A stretch of DNA of 64,000 nucleotides from Candidatus Ryanbacteria bacterium RIFCSPHIGHO2_02_FULL_45_17b (lineage in GTDB: Bacteria > Patescibacteriota > Minisyncoccia > Ryanbacterales > 2-02-FULL-48-12). Of the stretch, positions 28,102-37,366 are shown piece after piece. Within the stretch, counting starts at the first letter, position 1; each line of letters begins with the position of its first letter. The translations under genes were made by a program, and so were the position numbers. The notes beneath the pieces are model-generated. The model worked only from the letters and a program-made list of their open reading frames with translations. It did no database searches and was not told the origin of the DNA. Location of the stretch: positions 147,016-211,015 of the forward strand of contig MHNO01000009.1 in NCBI GenBank assembly GCA_001819815.1, given 5' to 3'.

Positions 28102-29859
28102 ATGGCGTCATCAAAGAAGCATTTTTTAGTTTTTGTTGGCATCCTCCTTCTTGCCATATTCTTTCGTTTCTGGCACATAACAGATATTCCCCCGGGATTA
28201 TATCCCGATGAAGCGATGAACGGCTCAAACGCGCTCCAGGCGCTTGAAAGCGGAAATTTCCGCGCTTACTATATAGACAATAACGGACGCGAAGGGTTGT
28301 TTATTAATCTGCAAGCTCTTGCCATTTGGTTTTTGGGAAATGAAGCGTGGGTATTACGGTTTGTAAGTGCGATATTTGGGATAGTAGCAGTTTGGGGGAT
28401 TTTTTTGCTGACACGAGAATTATTTTGGGACGGCGACTCGCAAACTCAAAGCTCAAAACTCAAAGCTCAAAACTACAACTCAAAATTAAAAACCGAAATA
28501 ATTGCCCTCCTCTCTTCTTTTTTCCTTGCCACCAGTTACTGGCACGTTACACTTTCTCGTCTTGGGTTTCGCGCAATTACCACGCCCACGTTTTCCATTT
28601 TGGCGTTTTATTTTCTGTTCCGCGGCATGCGGAGAAACTCCATGGTTGATTTCGCGCTTTCGGGCATCATGCTAGGCCTTGGCCTCAACGGTTACATCGC
28701 GTTCCGGTTTCTTCCGTTCGCGTTTGCGGTGCCTGTTCTTATCGGCCTTTGGCGATGGTGGAATACAAAACCACGCGGCACAGAATGGAAGGCTTCCGGC
28801 ATAGGATTTTCGGAGGGCGGCGTTGGGGTGGTGGGCGAAGAAAATTCTATGCCGGAAGCCCCAAATACGTGTTTCCCATGCGCGGTTGTGTTAATAGGAA
28901 TTTTTGTCATTGCCACCTGCACCCCGCTTATCATGTATTTTACGGAACACCCGAATGATTTTGCCACGCGCACCGGACAGGTTTCTGTATTTGCCGATGA
29001 GCACCCGCTCCGCGCGTTTGCGGTATCAAACATAAAAACAATCGGCATGGTGAGTGTGTTTGGTGACTGTAATTCACGGCATAATTTTCCTTGTTTCCCC
29101 GTACTACACCCGTTTTTGGCGCTTGGATTTTTTTATGGATTATTTTTGATGATAAAAAAACCAACCAGTCTTACCTTTGCCACATTACTTGCCTGGTTAT
29201 TTTTTCTTTCACTTCCCGCTACTCTTACGCGTGAGGGCATGCCGCACGCCCTGCGTTCCATCGGCATGATTCCGCCCGTAATGATTATTGCCGCGTTTGG
29301 CGCGTATGTGTTTTGGGAAAAGTTATTTTCTGACAAAAAAATCCCCCTTACTCCCCCTTTTTCAAAGGGGGAACTCCTCCCTTTGAAAAAGGGAGGCTGG
29401 GAGGGATTTCAAAATAAAAAAACAACAATTTTTTTTCTTTTGCTTGTTTCCATTCCACTCACAACAGGATATTTATATTTTAATGTATGGGCAAAAGCGC
29501 CTTCCACCGCATCCGCTTTCTCACAAGATTTGTCGGAACTTGCAATGTATGTGCGTTCACTCCCGAAAGAAACTAAAAAATATCTTATTGTGGAACTTGA
29601 TCACGAAGGCCTTCCTGTCTCGGCGCAATCGGTAGTGTATCTTACAAACACCGCAACCACTCAATCACAACATGAACATAATGTAACATACCTTCCGCGC
29701 GTGGGTACTCTGCGCCATATCACGCTTGATGATAAGCCTGCCATCATTGGTTTTGTGGCATTTCATGACAATGCGCTTGAACAAGAACTTGAGCGCGCGT
29801 TCCCTTCACTGATAAAAGAAACCTACGGAGGATTTACGGTGTACTCTTACAAACCATAA
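28102..29859 (+). CDS. GT39/ArnT-like membrane glycosyltransferase with three in-frame repeat inserts
   Basis: FFRFWHI..IPPGLYPDEA, NGREGL, SYWH...SRLGFR, PHALRSIG. Confidence 0.85.
   Translation: MASSKKHFLVFVGILLLAIFFRFWHITDIPPGLYPDEAMNGSNALQALESGNFRAYYIDNNGREGLFINLQALAIWFLGNEAWVLRFVSAIFGIVAVWGIFLLTRELFWDGDSQTQSSKLKAQNYNSKLKTEIIALLSSFFLATSYWHVTLSRLGFRAITTPTFSILAFYFLFRGMRRNSMVDFALSGIMLGLGLNGYIAFRFLPFAFAVPVLIGLWRWWNTKPRGTEWKASGIGFSEGGVGVVGEENSMPEAPNTCFPCAVVLIGIFVIATCTPLIMYFTEHPNDFATRTGQVSVFADEHPLRAFAVSNIKTIGMVSVFGDCNSRHNFPCFPVLHPFLALGFFYGLFLMIKKPTSLTFATLLAWLFFLSLPATLTREGMPHALRSIGMIPPVMIIAAFGAYVFWEKLFSDKKIPLTPPFSKGELLPLKKGGWEGFQNKKTTIFFLLLVSIPLTTGYLYFNVWAKAPSTASAFSQDLSELAMYVRSLPKETKKYLIVELDHEGLPVSAQSVVYLTNTATTQSQHEHNVTYLPRVGTLRHITLDDKPAIIGFVAFHDNALEQELERAFPSLIKETYGGFTVYSYKP
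28444..28493 (+). repeat. Heptamer tandem repeat (RCTCAAA)n inside the glycosyltransferase
   Basis: ACTCAAA GCTCAAA ACTCAAA GCTCAAA ACTACA ACTCAAA ATTAAAA; encodes TQSSKLKAQNYNSKLK. Confidence 0.8.
28791..28860. repeat. In-frame stem-loop element with 21-bp arms
   Basis: GGCTTCCGGCATAGGATTTTC / GAAAATTCTATGCCGGAAGCC (one mismatch) around a G-rich loop. Confidence 0.8.
29338..29409. repeat. In-frame REP-like double hairpin (IPLTPPFSKGE...KKGGWEGF)
   Basis: TCCCCCTTT..AAAGGGGGA and CCTCCCTTT..AAAGGGAGG hairpins nested in AAATCCC..GGGATTT. Confidence 0.8.
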
Positions 29860-29988
29860 TGTCAGACTCCCACTTTATTTGTAAGAAAATTGTTCTACGA
29901 TGGCCTCTATTTGCTTATACCTGTCGGCCATAAAGAACAATTTTCTTACAAATAAAGTGGAGAACGCATAAAGCGAGATAACAAATAT

Positions 29989-31779
29989 ATGAACTACTAT
30001 CACATACTCGCCATCGTTTTTTTCCTTCTTATGGGAGCCCTTATGATAGCTTCCATTTCTGATGAAAGCCTTACATTTGATGAACTTGCGCACATTGCAG
30101 CGGGCTTTGGGTATCTCAAAGAGCAAGACTATCGCCTAAATGCAGAACATCCGCCACTGATAAAATATCTTGCAGCTTTGGGCGCGGATATTGCGGTACA
30201 CCCCTATTTTCCGACAAACACCGCGCCTTGGCAAAATGAAACAAAAAACCAATGGGCGCAGTGGGACCACGGCACTATTTTTCTGTATCAATCGGGAAAC
30301 GACGCGGACGCTGTTATATTTTGGTCGCGCGTGCCTATGATACTTCTCACTCTCCTCTTGGGTATTCTTCTCTATTCATGGAGCTACCGACAATTTGGAG
30401 GACGCGTCGCACTATTGGCCGTTGCACTTTACACATTTTCGCCAACCATTCTTGCGCATGGACGCTACGTTACCACCGACATCGGCGCATCGCTTGGATT
30501 TTTTATCGGCATAACCACGTTCGTCTCGTTTCTTCAAAAAAGAACATGGTCAAGCTTTTTTATTGCCGGTATCGCATTTGGTATAGCACAGCTTTTAAAA
30601 TTTTCGCTTATTCTTCTTATTCCCATGTATGGCATTCTTCTGCTTTTGTGGGCATGGTCGCATCCGGATTTTATCACCATTCGTGAACGCATTACAATGT
30701 TTTTTGTTTATGCGACTCGTACCATAGGCGTGGGAATTGTTGGCATAGCGGTCGTGTGGATTGCTTATGCCCAAGTAACCGCGGGCTACCCGATTGATCG
30801 CAACCTACGTGACGCTTCTACCCTGCTTAAAACGTATCGATTTAGATCACACGTCCAAGCAACAGAATTTTTAATACAGCACCGCATTACGCGCCCTCTC
30901 GGGCAATATCTCACGGGCGTACTTCTTGCGAATCAGCGCGCGGCTGGCGGCAACACCACCTATTTTCTTGGCACGGTATCTTCTAGCGGCTCTTTCGCTT
31001 ATTTTCCGCTTTTATATGCCGTAAAAGAACAGATCATTCTTCATGTTCTAAGCGCAGCCGCACTTGCAGGGTTTTTATTGCGCGTGTGGAAACGGAGAAC
31101 CATGTCTCTGCGAAAGCGTATTCAAGCATGGATTGCCTCACATCTTAATCTTGTAGGAGCATGCACGGTGGTTGGAGTATACTGGACTATTTCACTTATC
31201 TCTCCGCTCAATATCGGCCTGCGGCATGTTTTGCCGACATTTCCTTTTATATATGTACTTGTTGCGTATGGCGCGGAGAGATTTTTCACAACAAACACAG
31301 ACGGCTCCGCCAGATGGCAAACCACGCGCATCCCGCAAGCGCTGTGTATGGCAATTGTTCTTCTCTTAGCCGGCATTGCCATTCGCGCATATCCGTATTA
31401 TCTCTCTTACTACAACGCACTCGGTGGCGGCACGGAAAATGGATACCGTATCGCGGTAGACTCCAACTACGACTGGGGGCAAGATTTCAAACGCCTTCGC
31501 GCATATATGGACGAGCATGGCATTGAAAAAATTGCGCTGGATTATTTTGGAGGCGCCTCCCGTGATTATTACCTCCCCAGCCGCGTAGACGGCTGGTGGT
31601 CAGCACGTGGCATGCCACAGGGATATTTCGCCATCTCTTCCACCCTGCGGGAAGGCGCGCTTGCCTCATGGGATCCGCGTCTCACACCACCCAAACCAGA
31701 AGAAACATACCCTTGGCTCCGCGGCAAAGAACCCATCGGCCGCGCAGGCATGTCTATATTTATTTACAAGTTCCCGTAA
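29989..31779 (+). CDS. GT39/PMT-like membrane glycosyltransferase
   Basis: TFDELAHI, NAEHPPL, SPTILAHG..VTTD, LLKFS, NIGLRH, DSNYDWGQD. Confidence 0.85.
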   Translation: MNYYHILAIVFFLLMGALMIASISDESLTFDELAHIAAGFGYLKEQDYRLNAEHPPLIKYLAALGADIAVHPYFPTNTAPWQNETKNQWAQWDHGTIFLYQSGNDADAVIFWSRVPMILLTLLLGILLYSWSYRQFGGRVALLAVALYTFSPTILAHGRYVTTDIGASLGFFIGITTFVSFLQKRTWSSFFIAGIAFGIAQLLKFSLILLIPMYGILLLLWAWSHPDFITIRERITMFFVYATRTIGVGIVGIAVVWIAYAQVTAGYPIDRNLRDASTLLKTYRFRSHVQATEFLIQHRITRPLGQYLTGVLLANQRAAGGNTTYFLGTVSSSGSFAYFPLLYAVKEQIILHVLSAAALAGFLLRVWKRRTMSLRKRIQAWIASHLNLVGACTVVGVYWTISLISPLNIGLRHVLPTFPFIYVLVAYGAERFFTTNTDGSARWQTTRIPQALCMAIVLLLAGIAIRAYPYYLSYYNALGGGTENGYRIAVDSNYDWGQDFKRLRAYMDEHGIEKIALDYFGGASRDYYLPSRVDGWWSARGMPQGYFAISSTLREGALASWDPRLTPPKPEETYPWLRGKEPIGRAGMSIFIYKFP

Positions 31780-31794
31780 ATCTATATTCTTCAA

Positions 31795-32640
31795 CTACTC
31801 ACAGGTGCCTGCTTCCACGGTCCAGGCGCCGGCTTTTGAAATAAAGGCGCGGTAAGCAACATGAGCGGCATCATACATCTGAAAACAGCTCCCTTTCGTT
31901 GTGGCTGTGGTGCCAACATGAATAGTGGTGGTACCGGAGCTTGAAAGAGAAAGAAGAGAAGCCGGACTCGTCGTCCCGATACCGACGTTGCCGGTGCTTG
32001 TAATCCTCATATATTCCGTCAAATCACCAGAAGCCCCGACACGAGCCGAGAGTTGGAGATAGCCCGCCCTGTTGCCGGACGTACCATTTTCTTTTCTTCC
32101 TGCAATTGCGGCAAAACTCCTGCTTGGAGCACCACCTGTTGTATCAACTCCACCAAGGACAATCTGACCACCCAAATCAATTGCCATATCGTCTGATGTA
32201 AATGCTCCTATCTGACCCAAACCACCTGACAGTATAGTATTGGCAGAAATTACATCCAATTTCATCCTCGGTCCCGCTGTCCCGATGCCGACGTTGCCGG
32301 AATTTAAAACAGTAAACAAGGTGCTTGTGGAAGTAAGTGTAGAACTTGCTACGGTAAATAATGGAAATTTTTGGTCGGAGAGAGCAGCGCGGTTGGCAAC
32401 AGAAAGAAGTGCGCTTGGTGTTGTTGTTCCCCCAAAGAGCGCATTTGAATATCCCACAATATTCCCCGTTGCCTGCACCGTAGATGTTGCAAAAAGATGC
32501 CCTGTTACGCTTACGTTTGTGCCGATTGTTGTCGCGATGGTAGAAAATGCTGTGAACAGAAGCGCTCCGGCAATAAAGAAAATACTACCGACAATAATTT
32601 CTTTGCGTATCGTAAACGCAGGTATGTGAATGTCATGCAT
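31795..32640 (-). CDS. Membrane-anchored/secreted beta-rich protein with two GNVGIGT motifs (tail-fibre/adhesin-like)
   Basis: N-terminal TM, Thr/Ser-rich body, SGNVGIGT and TGNVGIGT, C-terminal Cys pair. Confidence 0.65.
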   Translation of the reverse strand: MHDIHIPAFTIRKEIIVGSIFFIAGALLFTAFSTIATTIGTNVSVTGHLFATSTVQATGNIVGYSNALFGGTTTPSALLSVANRAALSDQKFPLFTVASSTLTSTSTLFTVLNSGNVGIGTAGPRMKLDVISANTILSGGLGQIGAFTSDDMAIDLGGQIVLGGVDTTGGAPSRSFAAIAGRKENGTSGNRAGYLQLSARVGASGDLTEYMRITSTGNVGIGTTSPASLLSLSSSGTTTIHVGTTATTKGSCFQMYDAAHVAYRAFISKAGAWTVEAGTCE

Positions 32641-32707
32641 ACCAACAAGTGTACCCCCCCCCAATGGGAGAAGTGTATATGAGGACTGTGGATAAGTTGT
32701 GTGGTGT

Positions 32708-33514
32708 TCAGCGCTTCTTGTAGAATACTTTTCCCTCAAAGCGAATATCTATATATTCAAGTTTTGCGCGGTCTGTTAGATGCTGATCCAATACCAGTCT
32801 CAAATTCTCGAGCGCTTGCTCTTTATTTGTGCGTTCATCAAACAAGACATACCATCCGTCATCTGTAAGAAGTTCAGTTTGATCCTGAAACACGCGCCCC
32901 AACCTAACCTCTCGTACAATAATCGTATAGCGGTCCGCCAACATATCAACTACCTGGCGCAAAAATACCGCTTCTGATTCTTTTATTGCCCGTTCTCCCA
33001 ACATAAAAAACGCCGATATAACTCGCTGATCCGTAATACGAAATAGCACATTCCCACTAAGCTGGGGGGCTTCGGTAACTAATACACCATCTTCAGCAAT
33101 ATAAAAACAATCACGTACGCTTATTTTGCAATATAAACCCCACGGAGAACGTTCCAAAACACTCAATGCAAGCTCTCGTGAAAAAGAACGGGAAACGCTT
33201 GCGGTAGAAAGCTGGGGAAATGTTTTCAAGATATGTGCTTCAAACAAATGCGGGCGAAACAACAATATATTGCTCCGTGGAAAAAACCATGCTACGCGCT
33301 CGGAAAGAAAACTGTTTGCGATATTCATAATCTCTTCAGATGAAACTGATGCATTGCCGGAAAGAGAAATAGGTCCGAACCGAAGCCGCGGCGACAATAA
33401 TAAAAAGAGGATACTCCCCGTTACTAAGACAAAAAAAATACCAAAACGCAAAAAAAACTTCTGCATCTTCGCGCGTTTTTGTTTGGTTCGGTGTTGTGTT
33501 AAAACCGATCTCAT
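32708..33514 (-). CDS. FtsQ/DivIB-like cell division protein
   Basis: Basic N-terminus, single TM, POTRA-like region (I.LSGN..V, VLERSP), C-terminal YIDIRF..KVFY. Confidence 0.75.
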   Translation of the reverse strand: MRSVLTQHRTKQKRAKMQKFFLRFGIFFVLVTGSILFLLLSPRLRFGPISLSGNASVSSEEIMNIANSFLSERVAWFFPRSNILLFRPHLFEAHILKTFPQLSTASVSRSFSRELALSVLERSPWGLYCKISVRDCFYIAEDGVLVTEAPQLSGNVLFRITDQRVISAFFMLGERAIKESEAVFLRQVVDMLADRYTIIVREVRLGRVFQDQTELLTDDGWYVLFDERTNKEQALENLRLVLDQHLTDRAKLEYIDIRFEGKVFYKKR

Positions 33515-34665
33515 ATAATTATGCGCGGTATTAATGGATTAATGCACGTGGTGATTTCATAATTGATCGTACTAATGCGACTTGCCAATTCTTCAGCGCT
33601 GATACATTCCCTGCCTTGCCGTCCTAAAAGCACCACTTCATCTCCGGGCTTCACGCCACGGAGCTTTGTGATATCAAGCATACAGATATTCATACAAATA
33701 TTGCCCACTATGGGTACACGCCTTCCGCCGACCAACACCGCGCCATTATTTGAAAATCCGCGGTCAAACCCGTCCCAATACCCGATGGGAATAACGGCGA
33801 TCTTCATCTCCTTCTGTGCTTTATAGGTGCGGTCATACCCAATAGTTTTTCCGGCCGGAATGGTTTTTACTTGAGCCACACGCGTCTTCCAGGTAAGAGC
33901 AGGTTTGAGTGCTACTTGCTTTTTTACTTTATCAGCTACTTCGGGAGATGGGTACATACCATAGAGCGCAATGCCCAAGCGTGCCATAGTAAAATGCGCC
34001 TCTGGATACAATAACAAAGCTGCGCTCGCGGCGGTGTGCAGATATTGCGGACGTACACCTTCCTCCTCAAAAATCTTGATCGCATTCTGGAAGGCCAAAA
34101 GCTGTTCTTTGTAGTAACGTGACTTTGGGTTTTCTGTATCGGCAAAATGTGTATAGGCTCCTTGGACTATTACCTGCGGCGCAGATTTTTTAAGCGCCCG
34201 AGCAAACGCACTCACATCTTCGGGCATCACACCCTGCCGATGAGTGCCTGTTTCGAGCTTAACGTGCACAAAAACTTTTTTACGCATTTTTTTCGCAAGG
34301 CGCGTAAGCTCTTTGAGCATTGGAATATCATACAAGCACACGCGAAAATTATTCCTGACTACATCCACCAGCATAGCAGATGGCACATAGCCGAGGATGA
34401 GAATTGGATTTTTTATGCCAGATTTTTTGAGTATGAGAGCTTCGTCAATTGAATCCACCCCAAACCAGACAATCGGAGGTTTCGCCTCCGAATAATATTC
34501 GGAGGCGAAACCTCCGATTGTCTTGATAACTTTGACAATACCATGACCATAGGCGTTGGATTTTACTATTGCCATTACAGCGACACCTTTGCCAAGATGT
34601 TTCGTGAGCGCCAAAAAATTATGCCGCAACGAGACGGCATCTACCTCAACCCAGGTTTTATACAT
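33511..34665 (-). CDS. alr: Alanine racemase carrying an in-frame palindrome
   Basis: AIVKSNAYGHG (PLP Lys), HVKLETG, THFA, IGY.DG, G.ICM, TINYE. Confidence 0.96.
   Translation of the reverse strand: MYKTWVEVDAVSLRHNFLALTKHLGKGVAVMAIVKSNAYGHGIVKVIKTIGGFASEYYSEAKPPIVWFGVDSIDEALILKKSGIKNPILILGYVPSAMLVDVVRNNFRVCLYDIPMLKELTRLAKKMRKKVFVHVKLETGTHRQGVMPEDVSAFARALKKSAPQVIVQGAYTHFADTENPKSRYYKEQLLAFQNAIKIFEEEGVRPQYLHTAASAALLLYPEAHFTMARLGIALYGMYPSPEVADKVKKQVALKPALTWKTRVAQVKTIPAGKTIGYDRTYKAQKEMKIAVIPIGYWDGFDRGFSNNGAVLVGGRRVPIVGNICMNICMLDITKLRGVKPGDEVVLLGRQGRECISAEELASRISTINYEITTCINPLIPRIII
34467..34523. repeat. Perfect 57-bp palindrome inside alr
   Basis: 28-bp arms AGACAATCGGAGGTTTCGCCTCCGAATA with a 1-nt centre. 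Confidence 0.92.
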
Positions 34666-34669
34666 ATGA

Positions 34670-34739
34670 GAATTACGAACCATGAATTAAGAATCAAGGA
34701 TAAAAGACCCCTTTATTCTTACTTCTTGATTCTTACTTC
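34670..34739. repeat. Two inverted heptamer tracts between serS and alr
   Basis: GAATTAC GAACCAT GAATTAA GAATCAA GGATAAA ... TTTATTC TTACTTC TTGATTC TTACTTC. Confidence 0.7.
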
Positions 34740-36001
34740 CGACGTTCGATCCTCTCCTTCCCCATCCACTTCCGTAATACCTCCGGCACCATCACTGATC
34801 TATCTTCCTGCTGGTAGTTCTCTAGAAGCGAAATTAAAATGCGAGGGGTAGCAATCATGGTATTATTAAGCGAGTGGGCAAATTTCAATTTCCCTTCTGC
34901 GTCACGATAGCGAATATTTAATCTCCGTGTTTGAAAATCATGGAAATAAGACGACGAGTGCGTCTCGCCATATTTTTGCTGGCTTGGGATCCATGTTTCG
35001 ATATCATATTTTTTCACCTGCCCCAATCCAAGATCAGCTCCACAATTCACCACCACACGATAGGGCAAGTCCAACTGCTGTAGCATCTCTTCTGCGTTTT
35101 TCGTAAGTTCTTCATGCCACTTAACGGATTCTTCGTGATCAGCCTGACATAAAACCACCTGCTCCACTTTCATAAATTCATGCACACGATACAATCCTTT
35201 GGTATCTTTTCCATAACTGCCTGCCTCACTCCGAAAACACGAAGAAAACCCGGCAACAGTCATCGGAAGATCTTTGGCTTCAAAGATTTCGTCCTCAAAC
35301 ATGCCCATCATGGATACTTCCGCCGTCCCTGAAAGATACAAATCATTTCCCACTTTATATACTTCATCTTTTCCTTGTGGCAACCACCCCGTTCCCACCA
35401 ACGTGGCACCTCTTACAAGCGCCGGCGCCATGTGCACGGTAAAACCTTTTTTCTCTAACGCCTCAAACGCAAACTGCCACAGCGCCAATGAAAGCATTGC
35501 CGCATCTCCCTTTAAAAAATAACCCCTGAATCCTGAAACTTTCGCGCCTCGTTCAAAATCCGCGAGATCAAGTTCCTGCAATAATGTAATGTGATCCTTC
35601 GGCTCAAACGTAAAGTGTGGTTTCTCTCCATACGTTCGAACCTCTTGATTGTCGGCATCTGAATTACCATCAGGAACCGATAAATCGGGGATATTGGGCA
35701 CCAAAAGCAACAACTGCGTATATTCTTCTTCAATTATTCTCAATTCTTCTTCTTTATGGGAAATTCGTTCTTTCAATTCTCGCATAGCCACAATAGCTTC
35801 TTCCCGCTCTTCTCCGGCCATATGAGAAATTTTCTCACTTGCTGTATTCTGCTGGGCACGAAATGTATCTGTTTCCTTAATAAGCCCACGACGTTTTTCA
35901 TCAAGCCCCAGAAGGTTGTCAACATCAATATCCGCCCGCTTTTTCCGGACGGCTTCCTTTATTAAATCAGGGTTATCACGAATAAAACCAATATCAAGCA
36001 T
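34733..36001 (-). CDS. serS: Serine--tRNA ligase
   Basis: MLDI.FIR, GTAEV, CFRSEAG, RVHEFMKVEQ, KKYDIETW, HSLNNT. Confidence 0.98.
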   Translation of the reverse strand: MLDIGFIRDNPDLIKEAVRKKRADIDVDNLLGLDEKRRGLIKETDTFRAQQNTASEKISHMAGEEREEAIVAMRELKERISHKEEELRIIEEEYTQLLLLVPNIPDLSVPDGNSDADNQEVRTYGEKPHFTFEPKDHITLLQELDLADFERGAKVSGFRGYFLKGDAAMLSLALWQFAFEALEKKGFTVHMAPALVRGATLVGTGWLPQGKDEVYKVGNDLYLSGTAEVSMMGMFEDEIFEAKDLPMTVAGFSSCFRSEAGSYGKDTKGLYRVHEFMKVEQVVLCQADHEESVKWHEELTKNAEEMLQQLDLPYRVVVNCGADLGLGQVKKYDIETWIPSQQKYGETHSSSYFHDFQTRRLNIRYRDAEGKLKFAHSLNNTMIATPRILISLLENYQQEDRSVMVPEVLRKWMGKERIERRK

Positions 36002-36044
36002 ATATAAAACTCAAAACGCGGCTATCCACCTAAGGTTTAGAGTA

Positions 36045-37286
36045 CTATATTTTTAAGCTTTTGACTATCTCATTAAACTTCTTTCCTCTCTCTTTATAGT
36101 TTTTGAACATATCAAAACTCGCAGCACCGGGGGAAAATACAATGTTCCATAGTTCTCCCTTTTTTCGCCTTTTCATCACGTACCTGAAAGCCGTGCGCAC
36201 TGCCTTTTCCAACTCATGAACCTCTGTAATCTCTTCTCCCTTGAATGCTTTTTTAAGTAACGAAGTATTTTCGCCCACAAGCACCACATGTTGCAACGCG
36301 GGCCAACGTGCCACACGTTTAAGCGCGTCATAGGGAAACCCTTTATCACGCCCGCCCGCAATCAATATAGTTGGCGTTTCAAACGCTTGAATAGCGGCGG
36401 CAGTTGAGATGGGATTGGTTGATGCTGAATCGTTATAAAACAAAATACCATCAAGGTCGCGCACTTTTTGTAGACGAAGCGGATTACCGACAAATCTCTG
36501 AACCACTCGTTTTATAATAGCTGGATCACAATCAAGATATAACGCAACAGACGCCGCCATCACTGCATTACGAAAATTATGCATCCCCCGCATTTGAAGA
36601 TCCTTCACGGAAAATAAAGTAAACGCCTCTGGCCGAATGTCTATGTGTTTGCCGTGACTTTGTTTTGCAAGGTCTGTGGCGTACGTATTATCCGAAAAAT
36701 AAAAAACAACGTCTTGTTCTTTTTGGTGAGCCACAATTCCCCCTTTTGCTTCGAGATATTCTTCAAACGACTCATGCGCATCCAAATGATCAGGAAATAT
36801 ATCAAGCACAACCGCAATTCGTGGAGAAAACAAAAGATGATGCAGTTGGAAGCTGGAAAGCTCCAGAATCGCGATAGATGTATTATATAGTTTCGGCAAC
36901 ACATCAAGCATGGGAATCCCGATGTTGCCCGCAATATAGGCATCTTTTTTACACTGCTTCAATATGCGATACAGAAGCGTACTCGTAGTCCCCTTGCCTT
37001 TTGTTCCGGTAACACCAATAAGAAGCCCTTTCGCGTGATCAAAAAAAAGCGCAGTCGCACTGGTAAACATGGTGCCATTTGCATAAGCTTTTGCCACTTC
37101 CGGAAGTGAAAACGGAACGCCGGGTGATTTTATAATCAAATCATATGCGTCAAGATGCCCAAGATAGGTTTTGCCTTGTTTCTTATCAAGGATATCAATC
37201 TCCGCGTTTTTATATCGGGGCGTTCTTTTTAAAAACCGAAGTACTGATTTTCCTTCTTTTCCAAACCCAAGAATTGCTATACGCAT
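36045..37286 (-). CDS. murD: UDP-N-acetylmuramoyl-L-alanine--D-glutamate ligase
   Basis: SPGV, GVTGTKGKGTT, GNIGIP, ELSSFQL, DHLD, NDSASTN, SPGAASFDMF.NY.ERG. Confidence 0.96.
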   Translation of the reverse strand: MRIAILGFGKEGKSVLRFLKRTPRYKNAEIDILDKKQGKTYLGHLDAYDLIIKSPGVPFSLPEVAKAYANGTMFTSATALFFDHAKGLLIGVTGTKGKGTTSTLLYRILKQCKKDAYIAGNIGIPMLDVLPKLYNTSIAILELSSFQLHHLLFSPRIAVVLDIFPDHLDAHESFEEYLEAKGGIVAHQKEQDVVFYFSDNTYATDLAKQSHGKHIDIRPEAFTLFSVKDLQMRGMHNFRNAVMAASVALYLDCDPAIIKRVVQRFVGNPLRLQKVRDLDGILFYNDSASTNPISTAAAIQAFETPTILIAGGRDKGFPYDALKRVARWPALQHVVLVGENTSLLKKAFKGEEITEVHELEKAVRTAFRYVMKRRKKGELWNIVFSPGAASFDMFKNYKERGKKFNEIVKSLKI

Positions 37287-37366
37287 ATGCCGACTGTACC
37301 TCATTTATAAAAAAGAAAAAAGCCCATATCATCATATTCACATATGAAATATAGGCTTTGTAAGCA

